From: Negaprion brevirostris
Lineage: Eukaryota
Reading direction: 5' to 3'
DNA length: 64,000 nucleotides
Assembly: GCA_030324005.1 (NCBI GenBank)
Contig: JARDVH010000059.1
Span: 60,810,900 to 60,874,899 of the forward strand
The notes beneath the pieces were generated by a model. It was given only the letters and a program-made list of their open reading frames with translations, was not told the DNA's origin and made no database searches. Position 1 is the stretch's first letter; each line of letters begins with the position of its first letter. The translations under genes were made by a program, and so were the position numbers. Below are positions 53,307 through 64,000 of the stretch, in pieces.

Positions 53307-53950
53307 GTCAAGAACTTCAAGTTTTTAGGTGTCCAGACCAGCAACACTCTGTTCTGATCCCCCCATGCCGACACTATAGTTAAGAAAGCCCACCAGTGCC
53401 TCTACTTTCTCAGAAGACTAAGGAAATTTGACATGTCAGCTACGACTCTCACCAACATTTACAGATGCATCATAGAAAGCATTCTTTCTGGTTATATCAC
53501 AGCTTGATATGGCTCCTGTTCTGTCGAAGATTGCAAGCAACTACAAAAGGTCGTGAACATAGCCCAATCCATCACGCAAACCAGCCACCCATCCATTGAC
53601 ACTGTCTCCACTTCCCACTGCCTCAGCAAAGCATAATTAAGGATGCTACACACCCCAGCCATTCTCCCTTCCATTTTCTTCCGTTGGGAAAAGGATAACA
53701 AAAGTCTGAGTTCACGAACCAACCGACTCAAGAACAGCTTCTTCCCTGCTGCCATCAGGCTTTTGAATAGAGCCTACCTTGCACTAAGTTGATCTTTCTC
53801 TACACCCTAGCTATGACTGTAACACCACATTCTGCACTCTCTTGTTTCCTTCTCTATGAACAGTATGCTTTGTCTGTAAGCACACAAGAAACAATACTTT
53901 TTACTGTATGCTAATACATGTGACCATTATAAATGGAATCAAAATCAAAT
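53307..53950 (+). mobile_element. Rex1/Babar-clade LINE 3' end
   Basis: VKNFKFLGVQ...HADTIVKKAHQCLYFLRRLRKFDMSATTLTN.YRCIIESILSGYITA*YGSCS, a Rex1-like pattern (KKA.QRL.FLRRL; IESIL..CIT.WYG). Ends in AAATC-type repeats. Confidence 0.8.
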
Positions 53951-53969
53951 TGAATTTACTGGAAAATAA

Positions 53970-54670
53970 AAAGTACATGAGAAGACAGTGCTGATAGTTT
54001 GTCAAGTGGACTCTGGTAAGAACATGCCATGTAGAATGCACTAGTTGATGGTGACTGACAGTTAACTGCCAAACTTGGGGCGACACAATGGTTAGTACTG
54101 CTATCTCACAGTGCCAGGGACCTGGGTTTGATTCCCAGCTTGGGTCACTGTCTGTGTGGAATTTGCACATTCTCCCCGTGTCTGCATGGGTTTCTTCCAG
54201 GTGCTCTGGTTTCCTCTCTCAATCTGAAAGATGTGCCAGTTAGGGGCATTGACCTGAACAGGTGCTGGAGTATGGCAACTAGGGGAATTTCACAGTAACT
54301 TCATTACAGTGTTAATGTAAGCCTTACTTGTGATAAATAAACTTTAAACTTTGTTCAAAATCTAAACCAGGCAGTTTGACTCTGACTGGTCAAGGCATTG
54401 CCCTGAGGAATGGACCAGACAATGACTGTCATCTATTTTGTTTAACTGAAATAGGTACAATGTGTGTACATGTTCTTTCTGTCTGCAAAGAACAAGGCCT
54501 GTATATTGTTAACTTTGTAGCTTCTTGTAAGCACAAATATGTCACACTATTGAGTTCAAATGGCAATCTTAAATTGGATGTCAGTTTAATTCTTAGCACA
54601 CTGAGGATTATTTAGTAAATGTTGTCCATTCGTGGAATCACCTAATGTTGGACACTGCATTTTGAGTTTA
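53970..54670 (-). mobile_element. Penelope-like family B 3' end and terminal-repeat remnant, interrupted by a SINE
   Basis: Reverse-complement similarity to 17620-17960 (e.g. TTAGCACACTGAGGATTATTTAG.AAATGTTGTCC; GTTGATGGTGACTGACAGTTAACTGCCAA). Confidence 0.7.
54077..54352 (+). mobile_element. V-SINE, tail type B, inserted in a PLE remnant
   Basis: Collinear with 1095-1389; AAACTT on both sides. Confidence 0.85.
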
Positions 54671-55913
54671 CGAACAGCAGTTTAATCAGTAATGGGAGAC
54701 AGTGGAGAGAGGAAACTAATTTAAAGGTTACAGAAGGTAAAAATGACGTGATAAAGCTGCTTTTGGCATAATTACTTTGATTTTTTTCCCCCTGTGTTAG
54801 TGGATATTCACTGTATAGGATACACAAGTTAATAGATCTTTCCAGGTACTACTGACTGTATTAGATTCATTTACATTTTTAAATGTATCACGAGAGGTGT
54901 AGTAATACAATAATGACATGGTTTGGAGCACCAACTCGTAACAATATGGAATAGTATGATTGAGGTTTGTCTACAGAAATAATTTTCTGATCTAAGACAT
55001 GTTTTCTCAGAGAGATAACTCCAGTAACTCAATGAGAGGGAGCAAATCGACAGGTCATTCTCCAGCAGCACTCACAACATTTCTGGTAGCAAGTAACCTA
55101 AAGACACTCTGATGACCTGTAAACAAACTGATATCCTGACCACGTGCATTATCAACATCATCATAAAAGGTCAGGCTTTAATGAATTTAATTGCAAAATG
55201 ACAGGTATGAATTTCCTATGATTGAATGTAGTGGAAATCCCTCATTCTTGAGCCTCAGTCTTACAGAAACACACAACTTTTGCACTGAGCACCAATCTGT
55301 GAGTCACTACAAGTAGAAACATCCCCGTAATGCTTTTAGTCTGTGCATCTTACCCCAGGCAATAAGTGATGTTAATGCATGTGACATTAACACATTTCTG
55401 TTGAGCCTCTTGTCAAGTCAAGAAAATCCAAACATTGCAATAGTATAAACATTCACATGGTTAAAGTTTACTGTGTCAAAGGCTTTCCTAGACATTACTG
55501 GGACTCACAGAAAGACCTCATGATATCTGACAGTTTGAGTCTCAGTAGAGAAAGGAGGCTTCAAATAGCATTCAGACAAAGCCTTGTTCTGTTGTTGTCA
55601 AGATTGATACACACAGGCCCAGAATTTTGATGGCTGTGATCATTTTACAGATGCTAAACAGATGGCTAAGCATCCAGTTTAACAGACAGGAAGCACACAT
55701 TACTTACAATCCAGTAGACTGCTATCTATTATATACAAAACAAAATTGCTTCTAGATCCATGTGTGAATAAATATTAAGCCCCTTATTTACATATGAAAA
55801 TTGTCAATTACTCATCTGAGGCCTTCTATGCAATATTTGTTTTCCCGCATCCCCTATGCCCTCTTCCTAGCCACCCACCTCGTAACTACCAGGAGNNNNN
55901 NNNNNNNNNNNNN

Positions 55914-56932
55914 AAGAAAGACCACATCCACCGGCTCTCCTCTATCCACCGCCCTAGACACATCCTCATAGAACTCCAATAAATTTGTCATACACGACTT
56001 CCCCTTAATGAAACCGTGCTGCGTCTGCTCTATCAAGCAATTCTCCTCAACATGTGAAAAATACCTGACCTCCCATTTAATCCCATTTACTAGCACTAGG
56101 CCCGTAGCCTTGAATGTTATGACATACCAAATGCACATCCAGGCACGTTTTAAAGGATGTGATACAACTTGCAGCTATCTTCCTCCCAGGCAGTGCATTC
56201 CAGACCGTCACCACCCTCTGGGTAAAAATGATTTTTCTTACATCATCCTAAACCTCCTGCCCCTTACCTTGAACCTTTGTCCTCTCATGACTGAATCTTC
56301 AACTAAGGGGAACAGCTACACCTTGTCCACTCTGCCCATGCCCCTCATAATCTCGCACTCTTGATCAGTCACTCCTCCGTCTTCTCTGGTCCAATGAAAA
56401 CAAACCAAGCCAATCCAACTTCTCTTCATAATTTAAAGGTTCCATCCTATGCAGCATCCTGGTGAATCTCCTCTGCACCCCATCCAGTGCAGTCATATTT
56501 TTCCTATAATGTGACAACCAGAACTTCACACAGGATTCTTAGTTGTGGCCTCATCAAAGTTCTATGGATCTCCCAGCATGACTTCCTTGCTTTTGTAATC
56601 TATGCCTCGATTGATATAAGAAAGTGTCCCATATGCCTTTTTCACCACCCTACTGATGTGCTCTTCCGCCTTTAGATGTCTGGAGACAAACACGTCAAGG
56701 TCCCTTTGTTTCACAGAACCTCCTAGTGTCAAGTTGTTCCTTGAATACTTCTTTGTCAAATTACATCTTCCAAAGTGTATCACCTCAGATTTTTCAGGGT
56801 TAAATTCCATCTGCACTTAGCTGCCCATTTGATCATCCCATCTATATCTTGTAGCCCAGGACCCTCAGACTCACTGTTAACCATTCAGTCAATCTTTGTG
56901 TCATTCACAAACTTACTAACCCTATCCCCCAC
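55914..56932 (-). mobile_element. CR1-like LINE fragments
   Basis: QHGFIKGKSCMTNLLEFYEDVSRAVDRGEPVDVVFL; QMEFNPEKSEVIHFGR. Confidence 0.8.
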
Positions 56933-57390
56933 AAATGGAAATGAAAAAGCAGAAAAAGAAAGAGTTAAAGAAACGGAAATACAAAATCTTGAGCATGAGT
57001 TTCACAGAGAGAAAGAAATCAGACAGCATGAACTAGTTAGAGAAAAGCTTAGGTTACAGAATGAAAAAGAGTCTAGTCGTTCAGATAAGAAATCAAGAGT
57101 CATTCTGAACTTTGATGTAACAAAATTCACTTAAGGTGGAATTGAGAGATATTGTGCCTCATTTTAAAAGGTGACTAAAAGCTAAAATGGCCAAAGGACA
57201 CATAAAATCTCACCTGAAAGGTTTTTTTGGGGGAGAAGGTTATGGATATACATTCTCATCTTTCAGCAGAACAATCCTCAGATTATGAATTAGTTAATTC
57301 AACAGCACTTAATGCTTTCAAGTTTGTCCCTGAGGCAGGTCAGTTGAAATTTCTGACTTTAAAAAAAAGCGAAATGAAATGATTGTAGAA
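56933..57390 (+). mobile_element. Gypsy (Gmr1-like) gag remnant
   Basis: Coiled-coil EKEIRQHELVREKLRLQ, then FDVTKF, and after disablements KV...LKWPKD...HSHLSAEQSSDYELV...LNAFKFVPEA.QLKF. Compare the gag pattern FEKVA..LKWP...YS.LS.EQS.DY..VK...L.AYELVPEAYRQKF. Confidence 0.6.
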
Positions 57391-57629
57391 TTCTCTTTTA
57401 TTATTGTACACAACAGGATTATACCCATTGGGAAGAACTTTCCAGCTCTTTAGATCCATTTTTCAGTTGTGAATCAGCCTCATCTTGCTATCCTTTCAAT
57501 ATTTATATGCCTATGAAAGACATACTGATTTCCTTTTATGTTAGCTCCTAGTTTCTTCTCATATTCTCTCTTTGCTCTGGTGTCTTCTCATACTTTATTT
57601 TCCCCTGGTCCCTTCTCTCCCCATCCCTT

Positions 57630-58290
57630 CTCATACTCTCAGCGATGGTAATACTGTTGAATGTCAAGAGGAGGTAATTAGATGCTCCCTTACTGGCGAT
57701 GTTCATTGCCTGATACTTGAGCAGCGTGAATGTTATTCATCTCTTATCTATCCAAGCCTGCAGGCATGGATTGCTTCATCACCTGATGTATTAACCAAAT
57801 ACTGTCCTTCAGCAAACATCCCCACTCCTGCTCTTCCAATGTAAGGAAGGTCATTGATGAAACAGAAAATGGTTAGGCCTAGGAGACAGTCCAGAAGAAC
57901 TCATGCAGCAATTCCTTGAGATGATTGGTCTCCAACAACCATGACCATCTTCCATTGTGCCAGATATGACTCCAGTCAGTAGAGAATTTTTATTAGATTT
58001 CTATTAATTTCAATCTTACTAGAGCTTCTTGGGGAAGCCACATTCTGTTAAATGCTACCTTGATGTCAAAGGCAGTAACTCTCATGTCACTTCTAGAATT
58101 CAATTCCCTTGTCCGTGTTTGGACCAAAGTTATAATGTGGTGTGGAGCTGGGTCGTCAGGGCAAAACACAAACTGAGCATCAGTGAACAGGTTATTATTG
58201 AGTAAGTGCCATTTGATTGTGCTGTCAATGGCACCTTCCATCACTTTGCTATTGATTGAAAGTAGGCTGGTGGGACCATAATTGTCTTGC
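57630..58290 (-). mobile_element. Decayed LINE RT (second CR1/L2-group family)
   Basis: MEGAIDSTIKWHLLNNNLFTDAQFVF...ELNSRSDMRVTAFDIKVAFNRMW. Confidence 0.75.
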
Positions 58291-58599
58291 TCTTTGAGGA
58301 CAGAAAGTTATAAATATGGAAGCAGGAATAGGCCTTTGAGTCTGTACCTGCAATGAGATCATGGCTGATGGCTTACTGACCTAACTCAACATATTGCCTT
58401 TGCCCCATAACCCTTAATATCTTTAGTTAACAAAAATCTATCTTTCTTCTGTGGAAGAGATTTCTAAATGTCTATCATTCTTTTTGTAGAAGTATTTACT
58501 AGGTTCATTCCTCAAAGGTCTGATGTCATTTTTAAAAACTTTATCCTAACTTTTTAACCAGCAGAAATTTTGGTCAGCTCTGGTCAGTCTCTACCACAT

Positions 58600-61500
58600 T
58601 TGCTGCAGAAGAAGACAGTGGATTGAGAAGATGTATGATTCATTGGCAAGTGTTTTCTCTGGGCCCTATTCGCAGCCAGCTGAGCCGTTTGTTTCTGCTG
58701 GCTTCTTCCAATGCCCTTCCAACATTCAACCTCAAAAGATTATGGCCCTCAGTGACTGCATCCTAGTTGTTAGTGTAATGTCCGCCATCTTCATTATTTC
58801 CTTTCAGGTGTCTGCCTGGCTGATGTATGGATGTTAAGGTGGTCATAATCCTGTGGCCAGTTCACCTTTCAGAAGCTGTCATCCATTTGAATAACATGTC
58901 GGAGCCAGTGCCAATGCTATTGGCTTAGCAATAAGTGCATGCTGATGGAATTAGCACACTCCAGGACCTCTGTTGGTGGCCTTGTCCTGCCATGAGATGC
59001 TGAGGATATATCTGAGGCAATGAAAGTGGAAACTGTTCAGCCTTTTCTCCTGCCTAATATCTGTTGTCCAGCTGCCACAATGGCAGAGGAATTGGCTGAG
59101 GATGCAGTTGATAGACTTGCAGTTTGGTATTGTCAGTTAGGTTGCTGTTGTTTCACATTCTCTCACTCAGATTGGACATTACAGCTGCAGCTTCTGCGTT
59201 GTACATGTTGACTTCAGCATCAAGTGACAGTTTGTTAATGATTGTAGAGTCGAGAGTTGTGAAGCTATCAAAAATCAGCAGTACCACATTGTTAATGTTT
59301 ATTGACAGGAGTATGACAATATTTGTCTTCCCGATGATAATGGTTAAAGCAAATTCTTTACAGATGTGTGTCTATCCATCTGCTGCTAAGGTACTCCTCA
59401 GTACGCTGGTGCAGTGTCTTTAATGTACAGTGACTCTCTGATGAGGACTTGACATATTTTCAGTTTGGATCTCTAGCAAGCAAAGCTGAACAGCTTTCAA
59501 CCACATCTGATAAATAAGTAGACATCCTCTCTAGATGACCTGAAGACAGCAGCAAAGAAAAATATTCCAAAGATTGTTGGTGCCAAAACATACTGATTCC
59601 ACTGCAGATATCAAAGAGTTCCAATGGTGTCCCAGTTCCAATGGTACCACATCATAACTGTCCTTACCCATCTTGGTGTCATGAAAAGAGGAGATCACAC
59701 TGAGAAGCTTCAGGAGGCAGCCAACTTTCTGCAACAGCTTTATTGATTGTCTCTGCTCATATGGTTGATAGCGTTGGTGAGATCAATGAAGGCAATATAT
59801 AGTGGTCTCCTTTGTTCCCAATACTCCTCTTGCAGCTGCTGGACTGAGTAGATCATTGTGGATCTTCCAATTTTGAAACCACATTGGAATTTGAGGCAGA
59901 TGTGTTCAACCAGCATCTGCAGTTTGACAAGGACAACAGGGCAAATACTTTACCCATGATGCTCAGCAGCAAGATTCCTTGATAGTTCCTCTTTTTATTG
60001 CAGCACGATGAGGCTGCAGTTGCCTTATTCTTCTACAGGGTCACAATCATTGCATCACACATTTCCTGGAACACTGCCTCCTCCTCCCAGCAGAGACAGA
60101 GAAGTTCATGCAGATCTGTAGGAGTGCTGGGTTCAGCATCAGCGCCTCAAGTTTAGCCCATGGCCAGCGAATCAATAGCTTTGCTAAGCTCCTCCATTGT
60201 GGATTGACAATCCAGCTTTGTCTAGACAGGCGGGCAGGTTTTCTATGGTGTATAAAAATTCCTCAGTGACAGTGTTCTCCCAAGAGTACAATTCAAGTTA
60301 ATGTTTCATCCAGATCTCCAACTGCTTATTCAGTCGGTGAATTCCCCTTTCCTGGTTTTCAATGGAACTGTTTTTTGCTGACATCCCTTTTGTATTTTTG
60401 ATTCCTTCATACACGTCCCTGCCAAATCCTATGTTGAAGGACCTCTGGATATTCTATCAAAGTTGTATCAAAGAGTAAACCATTACTCTTTGGCACACTG
60501 CCAAGCAGTCTGCTGGACTTTGAGCGGCCCTTAATGCATTTAGAGTCTGCTCGTTTAGATCTCTCTTGTAATTAATGAAAGTGAACCACTTGGCTTCAAT
60601 TATAGGTTTCATTACAATGATGTTAGACTCAAAATAGTCAGCATTTTTCTCTCCCGCTTCCCATACATTGAGAGTGAGATAATACAAACGTGGTGTCAAT
60701 GTATTTTCTAGTTTGCTTCTGTGCTTTTTGTGGACATGCTGGAGAGCACCTATTCATTTGAGTCGTGGACCTGTTGGTTTTTATCTGGGTAGGCTGGGTG
60801 GCTGATGTTGATACTTGGACAGCCTTTCAACTCTAAATGAAAAGCTCCCCTATGCTGCAAACATACCAGGGAATGACCAGTGCTGTGGTAGCTATATGTG
60901 CTGAGAATTCTGTTCAAAATGTTATGTCTGCTAATGATCAGATCTGGCTGGTGCCAATATTCTGATCTTGGATGTCGCTAGGACACCTTGTGGCACGGCT
61001 TGTACTAAAAGTCGGGATTAGTTTCACAAAGCTCTGGAAGCAGCAAAGCTCAAGTAGTCTCTATCCCAGATAGAGAAATGTATCTTTCCCAAACTATGAT
61101 GTCCAAGGTAGGAGAGCCATTCTTCATGATCTGTACCCATTCTTATATTGAAATTCCTCAATAGATGAAGATGTTCTGACTGGGGATTCTGCTGACAGCA
61201 GTGACAAGCTCATCATAAAACTGTCTATTACTACTGTACTGGAGCACAATGTTGGAGCTTAGATACTCATTAGGTTAACTGGTCCTGTTTGAGTTAAGAG
61301 GAGGATGCAGAGAATTGGGAGTTCTACCATCGGGAGTACGAGTTTCTTGTAACAAAGTCTATATCTTACTCATTCCCTGCCAGTTGACTGGGTAGTGCTT
61401 TTCTTGCAGTGATACAGTCTCAGCAAGCCGAATCTCTTGTCGGGCAATTATGTTAATATTCAGCCTATCAAGCTCCATATCAATCATAGCTATCCTGCTG

Positions 61501-61790
61501 ACATTATTGACCACCTGCCAGGCATCTGTCAACCCCTTGCACAAGGTCCTGATGTTCCAACTTGCTGATTTTGTTTCTTTTCATTTGTTTGCTTGTTAGG
61601 AAATATTCCATCCATTTGTTGAGCAAAGACTCTAAGCTGCAAGCGGTGTGGCCGAAAATGAGAAGCAAACTAACATATAAAGGCAGAAAGCTCGTCACAC
61701 ACATTCTAGATGACAACTATTCTCATATCGTGAATTGTATCATGCTGTACTCCGTCCAAGACCAATTGACCTGAGGAGGAGCATGGCTAA
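58600..61790 (-). mobile_element. Near full-length decayed RTE-clade LINE (APE endonuclease + RT)
   Basis: Minus strand: WNIRTLCKG...IAMIDMELDRLNINIIARQEIRLAETVSLQEKHY..NWQG (APE N-terminus), WHQPDLI ~60945, RPLYIAFIDLTN ~59780, CCLQV ~59540. About 3.2 kb. Confidence 0.8.
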
Positions 61791-61798
61791 TTGGCAGG

Positions 61799-61848
61799 TA
61801 CAGTAAGAAGTCTCACAACACCAGGTTAACGTCCAACAGGTTTATTTC
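61799..61848 (-). mobile_element. Penelope-like family A terminal fragment
   Basis: Reverse complement of AAATAAACCTGTTGGAC.TTAACCTGGTGTTGTGAGACTTCTTACTGT. Confidence 0.6.
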
Positions 61849-61984
61849 ATAAGAACATAAGAAATAGGAGCAGGAGTAGACCATCTAGCCCTTCGAGCCT
61901 GCCCCGTCATTCAATAAGATCATGGCTGATCTGAAGTGGCTTAGTTCCACTTTCCCGCTTTCTCCCCATAACCCTTAATTCCCT
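61848..61984 (-). mobile_element. Young CR1 3' end preceding a gap
   Basis: Near-exact reverse complement of 23558-23629. Confidence 0.8.
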
Positions 61985-62562
61985 NNNNNNNNNNNNNNNN
62001 NNNNNNNNNNNNNNNNNNNNNNNNNNNNNNNNNNNNNNNNNNNNNNNNNNNNNNNNNNNNNNNNNNNNNNNNNNNNNNNNNNNNCAGCTAAAATAATACT
62101 GTTCCAACACAAATACAAACACAAACAGATATCTCCGCTGCAGGCTTAGCACAGAAAGTAGGTATGCTCATGTGATGCTGGACCTATCAGCTTGGTAACA
62201 CCTGCTGTGAATTAATACTTTAGCTGGAGAATTGAAACTCTAACTTTGACATCCTGGATCTCCCTACACACTTTGAGGTGGAGATAGAACTACTGCTTGC
62301 CTCTAGCTTCTAATCAGTAAACAATCAACAACAAAATTTTCACTTGAGAGGCAAGAAATACTGCTTACAATTTGCAGACCGAACAGCTAACTAGCCAGCA
62401 AAATTTCCAATGCCGGAGAGAGAGAGACAAAAACACTGCATCCAGCCTGCAGCCCAAACAGTTTCTGCCAAATGGAAAGTGGATTTGTGAGGAGAAAAAA
62501 AAGTAGTAAGAAGTCTCACAACACCAGGTTAAAATCCAACAGATTTATTTGGTAGCAAAAGC

Positions 62563-62597
62563 CGCTAGCTTTCGGAGAGTTGCTCCTTCATCAGATA
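62563..62597 (-). ncRNA. Minimal hammerhead-ribozyme motif (family A, inverted copy)
   Basis: The minus strand reads TAT-CTGATGA-A-GGAG(CAACT)CTCC-GAA-AGCT-A-GCG. Core intact, stem I degraded. Confidence 0.6.
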
Positions 62598-62902
62598 AGT
62601 GGGAGTTCTGCTGAGCAGAGACTGATAGTCGAATTCCGCATACATGAGGATGGCCTCAACCGGGATCTTGGGTTCATGTCACACTATCTGTAACCCCCAT
62701 GACTTGCCTGGGCCTGCAAAATCTCACTAACTTTCCCGGCTAGAGACAATACACATCTCTTTAACCTGTGCTTAACCCTCTCTCCATTCACATAGTCTGT
62801 ACCTTTAAGACTTGATTATCTGTAAAGACTCGCATTCCAACCACTATTTTGTAAATTGAATTTGTGTCTTTATGTGCCCTGTTTGTGAATAGAACTCGCA
62901 TT

Positions 62903-62937
62903 CACCTGATGAAGGAGCAGCACTCCGAAAGCTAGTG
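62903..62937 (+). ncRNA. Minimal type I hammerhead-ribozyme motif (family A, intact core)
   Basis: CAC-CTGATGA-A-GGAG(CAGCA)CTCC-GAA-AGCT-A-GTG: stem I CAC/GTG, CUGAUGA and GAAA boxes, stem II GGAG/CTCC, palindromic AGCT in place of stem III. Confidence 0.7.
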
Positions 62938-63034
62938 GCTTTTGCTACCAAATAAACTTGTTGGATGTTAACCTGGTGTTGTGAGACTTCTTACTGTGTT
63001 TACCCCAGTCCAACACCAGCATCTCCACATTATA

Positions 63035-63575
63035 ATTGGCAGGTGACAGAGAGTAAGGATAATGGATTGGTACTCTAATTGGCAGGATGTGCTTCATGGT
63101 GACCTGAAAGGATCTGTTTTGAGCCCTCAACTATTTGCCTTGTTTATTAATAACTTGGATGATGAGATAGAAAGCCATATACCAAGTTTGTCAATAACAC
63201 AAAAATAGGTGGCATTTTAAGAGGTGTAGATGAAAGCATAAGTTTACAAAGAGATATTAATAGATTGAGTGAATTCACAAAACAGCAGCAAGCGGATATC
63301 AATATCAGCAAATATGAGATCACCTGGAACTGCAGACTGTATCCACATGTGTAATAAGCGGGATCTTGTACAGAATAATCTCTACTCACTTTTATTCTTG
63401 TCCTCCAGAAATAAATACTAGCATTCCATTAGCAATTTTGATTACTTTCTGTACCTCATAACAATTTAACGATCTATACACCTAGACCCTGCAAGTCTTC
63501 TTTGGACCTCCACAGCTTCTATCTTGTCATCGGATGAGAAATGCTCTGTTCTGTCCTTTTTAAGTCCAAAGTGGA
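63035..63575. mobile_element. Two CR1-like fragments in opposite orientation (+ 63035-63320; - 63330-63575)
   Basis: GSVLSPQLFALFINNLDDEIESHIPSLSIT / KIGGI on +; CR1 remnants on -. Confidence 0.6.
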
Positions 63576-64000
63576 GATTTGTCATCAATCACCGCTCATG
63601 GCACAGTGCAGATAGTGCAGGATTAGAATTATTACCCATATGGAGAATAAAAGCCAAGATAATTACTTGGGCTGAACAGCTTGCTTTTATTTTTGTAAAT
63701 AATTGAACAGTAATAGCACCCCACCTGCACTCTTCTATCTGGTCAAATGGCCAAACTCACCTCTGTGCATTGGGGAGCATTACATTTTGCCAATTAACTT
63801 GGCATCCAAAGATGCTTCTTGACCTGGGGAGTATTTTCAGTTTATATTTCGTATTCCCAGCATTCGTAGTACTTTGCCTCTGTACAGGAATTTAACCGAT
63901 TGATTCCATGTATAAAACCATCTGATGTGCAAGCTGGGTTACAGCCCATTCCTATTTATGTCTAGGAATGGGGGAGTCAGCCAACAATGGTGTTGCAACT

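Larger units (their letters stand above)
62505..63030 (+). mobile_element. 5'-truncated Penelope-like element (family A) with an inverted terminal-repeat segment at its 5' end
   Basis: 62611-62693 encodes EQRLIVEFRIHEDGLNRDLGFMSHYL*, a GIY-YIG C-terminal-like end, followed by a terminal repeat. 62505-62610 is the reverse complement of ~62891-62995. Confidence 0.8.

Overview
This is eukaryotic (vertebrate) draft-assembly DNA with many N gaps. The repeat content points to a shark or other elasmobranch (inference): tRNA-derived V-SINEs of the HE1 type, Deu-domain SacSINE1-like SINEs and abundant CR1/HER1-like LINE fragments. There is one clear host gene, the single coding exon of FAM110B (+, ATG 26567 to TAA 27687). 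Its apparent frameshift lies exactly on a 10-N gap placeholder. The rest is intronic or intergenic DNA full of decayed mobile elements: CR1, RTE, Rex1/Babar, L2, a Gypsy gag remnant, Harbinger-type inverted-repeat elements, a spliced Myb/SANT remnant, and two families of Penelope-like elements (PLEs). Highlights: (1) minimal hammerhead-ribozyme motifs in the terminal repeats of both PLE families, including inverted pairs; (2) an RPL36 processed pseudogene with poly-A and target-site duplication (TSD) inserted in a PLE terminal repeat; (3) a V-SINE subfamily whose 3' hairpin matches the Rex1/Babar LINE tail; (4) an overlapping uORF that stops one base before a strong-Kozak in-frame ATG of FAM110B; (5) a locally templated insertion; (6) a 30-bp minisatellite with 134-bp higher-order structure. 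I found no clearly novel multi-gene system. Family names come from recalled motifs, not database searches, and repeat boundaries are approximate.
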